DNA of 64,000 nucleotides from Deltaproteobacteria bacterium (GTDB lineage: Bacteria > Myxococcota_A > UBA9160 > JAJDAL01). Within the stretch, counting starts at the first letter, position 1, and each line of letters begins with the position of its first letter. The notes beneath the pieces were generated by a model. It had not been told where the DNA came from. It worked only from the letters and a program-made list of their open reading frames with translations, and ran no database searches. The stretch is taken from assembly GCA_029261875.1 (NCBI GenBank), contig JAJDAL010000004.1:21656-85655 (forward strand). Reading direction: 5' to 3'. Made by a program: the position numbers and the translations under genes. This document shows positions 59,740-64,000 of this stretch, in pieces.

Positions 59740-62100
59740 ATGTTCGTTTCCCCGCGAGCGTTTTCGAAGCAATCGGAACTGGCGATCGGGTGGGTTGTCG
59801 CTGCGTTCTTTCTTGCCGTGGCTCCGCCGGTCGAAGCCAAGTTATTCGGTGTCAACGGCTTCTCGGGTAACCCCGGAATCAACGGTGGGAAGAACTGCAA
59901 CCACTGCCATTCAGACGGCGTTGAACCTACGGTCTTGCTGGACGGACCGGCTGTATCCAATGTCTCCGAAACGCATACCTATCTGCTGCGCATCGACGGT
60001 GGGCAGGAATCCATATGCGGTCTGAATGTCTCTGCAACTGGAGGGACGCTTTCCGCGCTCGCTTCGGAGCCGGAAACCCGAACGCGCAACGATGAGATCG
60101 TCAACTTCACACCCAAGCTCGTCGACGGCGAGGGCGGCTGTACCTACGCATTCGACTGGACCGCGCCCAGTCACGGTGGCGTCTTCCGCTTGTTCGGTAG
60201 CGGCAACTCGGCCAATCGGGACGGTCAGCTGACGGGGGATCGAGCCGCATCGACCGGGATCGAGGTCGTGGTCACGGGGGCTCCACCGGTGAACCAGACA
60301 CCTGTTGCCTTTTCTACGGGTCCCTACCGCGTACTCGTCGGCGAGACGACTCCATTCGACGCAACTCCTTCCCTTGACTGGGACGGATTCATTCGTTCCT
60401 ACGCCTGGGCGTTCGGGGACGGGAATGAGGGCAACGGTGCAATGCCGCCTCATTCCTATACGTCCCCGGGAGTCTACGATGTCGAACTCACGGTCGAGGA
60501 CGACGCGGGCGCCATTGATTCGCATGCCACCCAGGTCGAGGTCCTCGCAGAGCGATTGTCCACACGTGCGATCCGAATCGCGAGCGGACTTCGCCGGCCC
60601 ACCTATCTGACCGCTCCCGAAGGCGATTCCCGGCTGTTCGTCGTCGAGCAGAGAGGGCGAATTCGCGTCATCGAGGACGGCCAGCTGCTGCAGCAACCTT
60701 TTCTGGATATTTCGAGCACGACCCATTGTTGTGGCGAGGCCGGGTTCTTTGGCCTGGCTTTCTCGAAGAATTTCGCTGAGACCGGCGCCTTCTACGTCAA
60801 CCACGTGGCGAAGGACGGAGGCAACGGGACGATCACCTTGCTTCGCTATCGGGTGAGCGCGACGGATCCGAATCGAGCCGACCCGGCGACGCGCACGGTA
60901 CTGCTCGAGATCGGGCCTCACCCACACCACAACCACTACGGCGGACAGATCGCGTTCTCGTCGGACGGAACCTTGTTCATGACGGTTGGGGATGGCGGCA
61001 CATTCCAGGGGAATCAGAACTCGCAGGATCGAGGTGTCTTCTACGGAAAGCTGCTCCGCATCGGCGTGGACGACGAACTCGACGGATATACGATTCCCGA
61101 AAACAATCCCTTCGTCGACGATCCCAACGCGCTCGACGAAATCTGGGCATATGGATTGCGGAATTCCTATCGATTCAGCTTCGACCGTCTTACCGGAGAC
61201 CTCTACATCGGCGACGTTGGTGAAAACGACATCGAGGAGGTCGATGTGGAGGCATCTGGAGCAGCGGGCGGCGGGAATTTTGGATGGCGGATCATGGAAG
61301 GAAGCAGCTGTGTTTCCGGGGCGGCCGAGTGTTTCGATGGTTCGCTCACGCTGCCAATCCACGAGTACTCTCACGATGGCGGGCGCTGTTCGATTACCGG
61401 TGGCTACGTGCACCGCGGTAGTGTGCCTGGCCTGTTGGGTCGGTACCTCTTCGGCGATTTCTGCAGTGGTGAGATTTGGGGCCTTCGGTGGGACGAGAGC
61501 CTGGGTTTGATCGATGTGCTCAACCTGACGGACGACCTGCATCCGGATAGTGGAGAGCTGGGCCAGATCGTCGGCTTCGGCGAAGACGGTTTGGGTGAGC
61601 TCTACATCATCGACTATGACGGGGAAATCTTTCGGGTCGCTCGAGCCGCGCCGGATTGCAGCGCAGGGCCGGATAGCGACGGGGACGGGGTCGTCGACTC
61701 CTGCGATAACTGCGTGAACACATTCAATCCTCGGCTCGGGGATCCCGCGTTTCCCGCGAGCGCTCCGCCGCAACAAGATTTTCAGACCTCGACCGGCGGC
61801 CAGCTCGACGACGATGCCGACGGATACGGTAACCCGTGCGATCTGAAATTCACGGATGGCGCGCTCGTGAGCGGTACTGACGTCGTCGAGATGTTTGCGT
61901 CCTTCAACAAAGCGCGATCCGGCACGAACTGCGGCGCGACCCAAGATCGGAATTGCGCGCCGTTCGATCTGGACAACCAGGGAAACTTCATCGGTGCCAG
62001 CGACATCGTGCGCGGAATGCAGCTCTTCAATTTCGCCCCGGGGCCGAAGTGCCTCGACTGTCCACGCGATTGCGTCGGACGTTCCTGCCCGACGAATTGA
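59740..62100 (+). CDS. secreted multidomain protein: CxxCH module / PKD / PQQ-dependent sugar dehydrogenase-like beta-propeller / TSP3- and dockerin-like Ca-binding Cys-rich tail
   Basis: Track ORF 59725..62100. ATG 59740 preferred because GGAG lies 6 nt upstream. Signal peptide ...AAFFLAVAPPVEA. CNHCH at nt 59896-59910. PKD: YAWAFGDGNEGNGAMPPHSYTSPGVYDVELTVEDDAG. Dehydrogenase: GEAGFFGLAFS, HNHYGGQIAFSSDGTLFMTVGDGG, YGLRNSYRFSFD...GDVGENDIEEV...GGNFGWRIMEG. Tail: DSDGDGVVDSCDNC, DDDADGYGNPCD, DLDNQGNFIGASD. Confidence 0.8.
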   Translation: MFVSPRAFSKQSELAIGWVVAAFFLAVAPPVEAKLFGVNGFSGNPGINGGKNCNHCHSDGVEPTVLLDGPAVSNVSETHTYLLRIDGGQESICGLNVSATGGTLSALASEPETRTRNDEIVNFTPKLVDGEGGCTYAFDWTAPSHGGVFRLFGSGNSANRDGQLTGDRAASTGIEVVVTGAPPVNQTPVAFSTGPYRVLVGETTPFDATPSLDWDGFIRSYAWAFGDGNEGNGAMPPHSYTSPGVYDVELTVEDDAGAIDSHATQVEVLAERLSTRAIRIASGLRRPTYLTAPEGDSRLFVVEQRGRIRVIEDGQLLQQPFLDISSTTHCCGEAGFFGLAFSKNFAETGAFYVNHVAKDGGNGTITLLRYRVSATDPNRADPATRTVLLEIGPHPHHNHYGGQIAFSSDGTLFMTVGDGGTFQGNQNSQDRGVFYGKLLRIGVDDELDGYTIPENNPFVDDPNALDEIWAYGLRNSYRFSFDRLTGDLYIGDVGENDIEEVDVEASGAAGGGNFGWRIMEGSSCVSGAAECFDGSLTLPIHEYSHDGGRCSITGGYVHRGSVPGLLGRYLFGDFCSGEIWGLRWDESLGLIDVLNLTDDLHPDSGELGQIVGFGEDGLGELYIIDYDGEIFRVARAAPDCSAGPDSDGDGVVDSCDNCVNTFNPRLGDPAFPASAPPQQDFQTSTGGQLDDDADGYGNPCDLKFTDGALVSGTDVVEMFASFNKARSGTNCGATQDRNCAPFDLDNQGNFIGASDIVRGMQLFNFAPGPKCLDCPRDCVGRSCPTN

Positions 62101-62128
62101 GGATCCTCGCGTGGTGGGAACGAACACC

Positions 62129-62137
62129 TGATAGAAT
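62129..62137 (+). promoter_or_regulatory. putative extended -10 promoter element (TGATAGAAT) upstream of the regulator gene
   Basis: TG-N-TAGAAT at 62129-62137 in the 83-nt gap, 47 nt upstream of ATG 62184. No good -35. Sequence match only. Confidence 0.25.
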
Positions 62138-62183
62138 ACGCAGCGCGGCGGGGTGAGAGGCTCTTTTGCAGAACGCCCCTCAC

Positions 62184-64000
62184 ATGGGAAGCAAGGTTTT
62201 CCGTTTCGGCGATTTCGTAATCGACGAAGCCAAGCGAGAACTGCGTCGAGGCGGTGCGGTCGTCTCCGCGCAACCGCTCGTGCTCGATGTTCTCTCTTAC
62301 CTGGCTCGCCATCGCGATCGCCCGGTGACACGCCAAGAGCTGATCGAGAGTGTTTGGGCTGGAGTTCACGTCAGCGATGGGGCGGTGGCGACCGCCATCT
62401 ATGAGGCGCGCGTCGCGCTCGGCGACGACGGCCGCCAACAACGCATCATCCGTACCCTCTACGGCCGCGGTTTTCAGATCACCGCGGATTTGATCGAGGA
62501 AGAACTGGCGGAGGATCGAGAGGTCCGGCCCCCCGCCAAGCCCGAACAGGGTCTGCCCTTCGTGGGCCGCGAGGCGGTGTTTGATCGTCTCGACATGGCC
62601 CTCGACGAAGCGCGCCAGGCGCGAGGGAAATTGGTGCTGCTCTCCGGGGACGCGGGCGTTGGGAAAACCCGCACCACCCAGGAGTTTCTGATTCGCACTC
62701 GCGGGGCGCGCGGTCACACCGGTCGCTGCCACGAGGGACCCGGAGCTCCCCCGTTCTGGCCCTGGGTGCAGATCCTGCGCGAGCGTGTGGATCGCACGGA
62801 ACCCGAAGTATTGGAACGCCAGGTTGGGGCCGCCCTTGCGCCGCTCTGCCAACTGATTCCCGACCTCGCTGCGCGAATACACGCACCCTGGGTGGCGCCG
62901 GCCGAGGGTTCACCGGAATCCCGATTTCAGCTGTTCGACGCGATAGCGGGTTTTCTCCGCAGCGCGACGGAGGACGAGCCGCTTGTGCTCGTTCTCGACG
63001 ACCTTCACTGGGCGGATCCCGCTTCCCTGTTGCTACTCGAGTTTCTCGCCCGGGACCTTTCCAACATGCGAATGCTCGTGATTGCCACCTATCGAGAGGA
63101 AGAGCTCGGCGACGGAAACCCATTGGTGCGCTCCCTCGGCGCACTGGTGCCGTTGCCCCATTGCCTCCGGGTTCCCCTCCAAGGGCTCGACCGGAGCGAG
63201 GTTCGCGCCTTGATGGGGGCGATGACGGGAGTGCGCCCGACGCGGGACCTGCTGCACGCGGTGTTTCAGCGCACGGAAGGCAATCCCTTCTTCGTCAGCG
63301 AGGTGGTGGGGCTGCTCCAGGAGGGCAACGCGTCGGCGGTCGAGGTGGTGGAGAGCACGGTTCCCCGCGCGGTGATCGACACCGTGGTCCGGCGCTTGTC
63401 GCGCCTCGAGGGAGAAACCCTCGAGGTCTTGCGCGTGGCTTCGGTGATCGGTCGCGAATTTTCCCTCGACCTGCTGGCGCGGGTGATCGACCTCGAAACC
63501 GACCGGTTGCGCGAACTGCTGGAAGAAGCCTCGCAAGCGGCTGTGGTCGGTACCGATACGCCGGAAGCCATCCAATATCGGTTCCGCCACACGTTGATTC
63601 GCGAGACGCTGTACTCGAAGATCCCCTCGCTCGAGCGCGCGCGCATTCACCGCCGCGTGGCGGATACCCTCGAAAAATCGGGCGGTGCGGAGGCGCCGTA
63701 TTCCCACCTTGCCCATCACGCTTCCGAGGCGGCAGCGGCGGGAGACTTCGAGCGTTCCGTGGCGTTCGCCCGGCGCGCGGGCGAAGAAGCCCTTGCGGTG
63801 TTCGCCTACGAAGATGCGGCACTGCACTTTGGAAGTGCGCTCCGAGCCCTGGAGTCACGGAAACGCGTCGACGATCAATCCCAGGTCGTCGATCTCTTGT
63901 TGTGTCTGGGAGATGCCCAGTCGAAAGCCGCCGCCTCGAAGGCCGCGCGTCAGAGTTTCGAGCGCGCTGCGGAAGCCGCGCGTAGGGCAGGAGAAGTCGA
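62184..64000 (+). CDS. winged-helix (OmpR/CadC-type) DNA-binding / AAA(P-loop NTPase) / TPR-like regulator, partial; 3' end runs off the right edge
   Basis: Absent from the ORF track (no stop in the window). Manual translation from ATG 62184: MGSKVFRFGDFVIDEAKRELRRGGAVVSAQPLVLDVLSYLARHRDRPVTRQELIESVW...RIIRTLYGRGFQI (wHTH). P-loop GDAGVGKT (nt 62646-62669). Walker B LVLVLDDLHWAD. Then EGNPFFVSEVV... and helical repeats to the edge. Confidence 0.75.
   Translation, partial: MGSKVFRFGDFVIDEAKRELRRGGAVVSAQPLVLDVLSYLARHRDRPVTRQELIESVWAGVHVSDGAVATAIYEARVALGDDGRQQRIIRTLYGRGFQITADLIEEELAEDREVRPPAKPEQGLPFVGREAVFDRLDMALDEARQARGKLVLLSGDAGVGKTRTTQEFLIRTRGARGHTGRCHEGPGAPPFWPWVQILRERVDRTEPEVLERQVGAALAPLCQLIPDLAARIHAPWVAPAEGSPESRFQLFDAIAGFLRSATEDEPLVLVLDDLHWADPASLLLLEFLARDLSNMRMLVIATYREEELGDGNPLVRSLGALVPLPHCLRVPLQGLDRSEVRALMGAMTGVRPTRDLLHAVFQRTEGNPFFVSEVVGLLQEGNASAVEVVESTVPRAVIDTVVRRLSRLEGETLEVLRVASVIGREFSLDLLARVIDLETDRLRELLEEASQAAVVGTDTPEAIQYRFRHTLIRETLYSKIPSLERARIHRRVADTLEKSGGAEAPYSHLAHHASEAAAAGDFERSVAFARRAGEEALAVFAYEDAALHFGSALRALESRKRVDDQSQVVDLLLCLGDAQSKAAASKAARQSFERAAEAARRAGEV

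Noticed and set aside
59911-62331. 806-aa minus-strand ORF
   Set aside because: It is antisense to the secreted multidomain gene. The plus-strand frame carries PKD, dehydrogenase and TSP3 signatures, while the minus frame has none.
1-64000. Scan for CRISPR arrays, long direct or inverted repeats, rRNA, IS elements and toxin-antitoxin or defence-type gene pairs
   Set aside because: I noticed none by eye. Every gap longer than 100 nt is a plain promoter-type intergenic region. An exhaustive repeat search would need computation that I cannot run.

Overview
High-GC bacterial chromosomal segment, almost entirely coding. It is dominated by housekeeping and Gram-negative envelope-biogenesis genes. 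All family calls rest on motifs I recognise by eye in the translations; no database search was run.

Gene content, left to right:
- An ABC-transporter-dependent glycan cluster: GT4 (edge-truncated), GDP-mannose-3,5-epimerase-like SDR, GT26, an orphan 304-aa protein, GT2, wzm/wzt, and a WbaP-type phosphoglycosyltransferase.
- A translationally coupled HExxH-protein/ATP-grasp-ligase pair, a small secreted protein, and tRNA-Gln(CUG) just downstream of gltX.
- yceD-rpmF-fabD-acpP-nrdR-ribD-ribH-nusB, a zinc-ribbon/receiver protein, lptE-holA, and rpsT.
- A long, tightly coupled run: membrane TPR/Cys-cluster protein, DUF4388 protein, phoH, ybeY, lnt, prfB (classical +1 frameshift), lysS, lolC/E-like, lolD.
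- bamA-skp-lpxA-lpxI-oxidoreductase-lpxB-waaA-lpxK, a convergent Kdo-kinase-like gene, and lptF/G.
- An LPS-core block: two GT9, GT2, SDR, heptose kinase.
- yicC-remA-gmk-rel/spoT, then GT2 and GT4, an indolepyruvate-ferredoxin-oxidoreductase-family protein, and a large secreted CxxCH/PKD/PQQ-type-dehydrogenase/TSP3 protein.
- An edge-truncated wHTH-AAA-TPR regulator.

Notes on the ORF track:
- Two real genes (1-943 minus strand, 62184-64000 plus strand) are missing from it because they run off the window.
- Many long track ORFs are Arg/Pro/Gly-rich shadow frames typical of high-GC DNA, and I rejected them.

I saw no rRNA, CRISPR array, transposase, integrase or phage genes. I found no clear-cut novel multi-gene system and no defence-island hallmarks. 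The best leads are:
- the HExxH/ATP-grasp pair;
- the secreted heme-motif/PQQ-type dehydrogenase with its adjacent regulator;
- the membrane TPR/DUF4388 pair heading the phoH operon;
- the long N-terminal extensions on LolC/E and BamA;
- the orphan protein in the glycan cluster.
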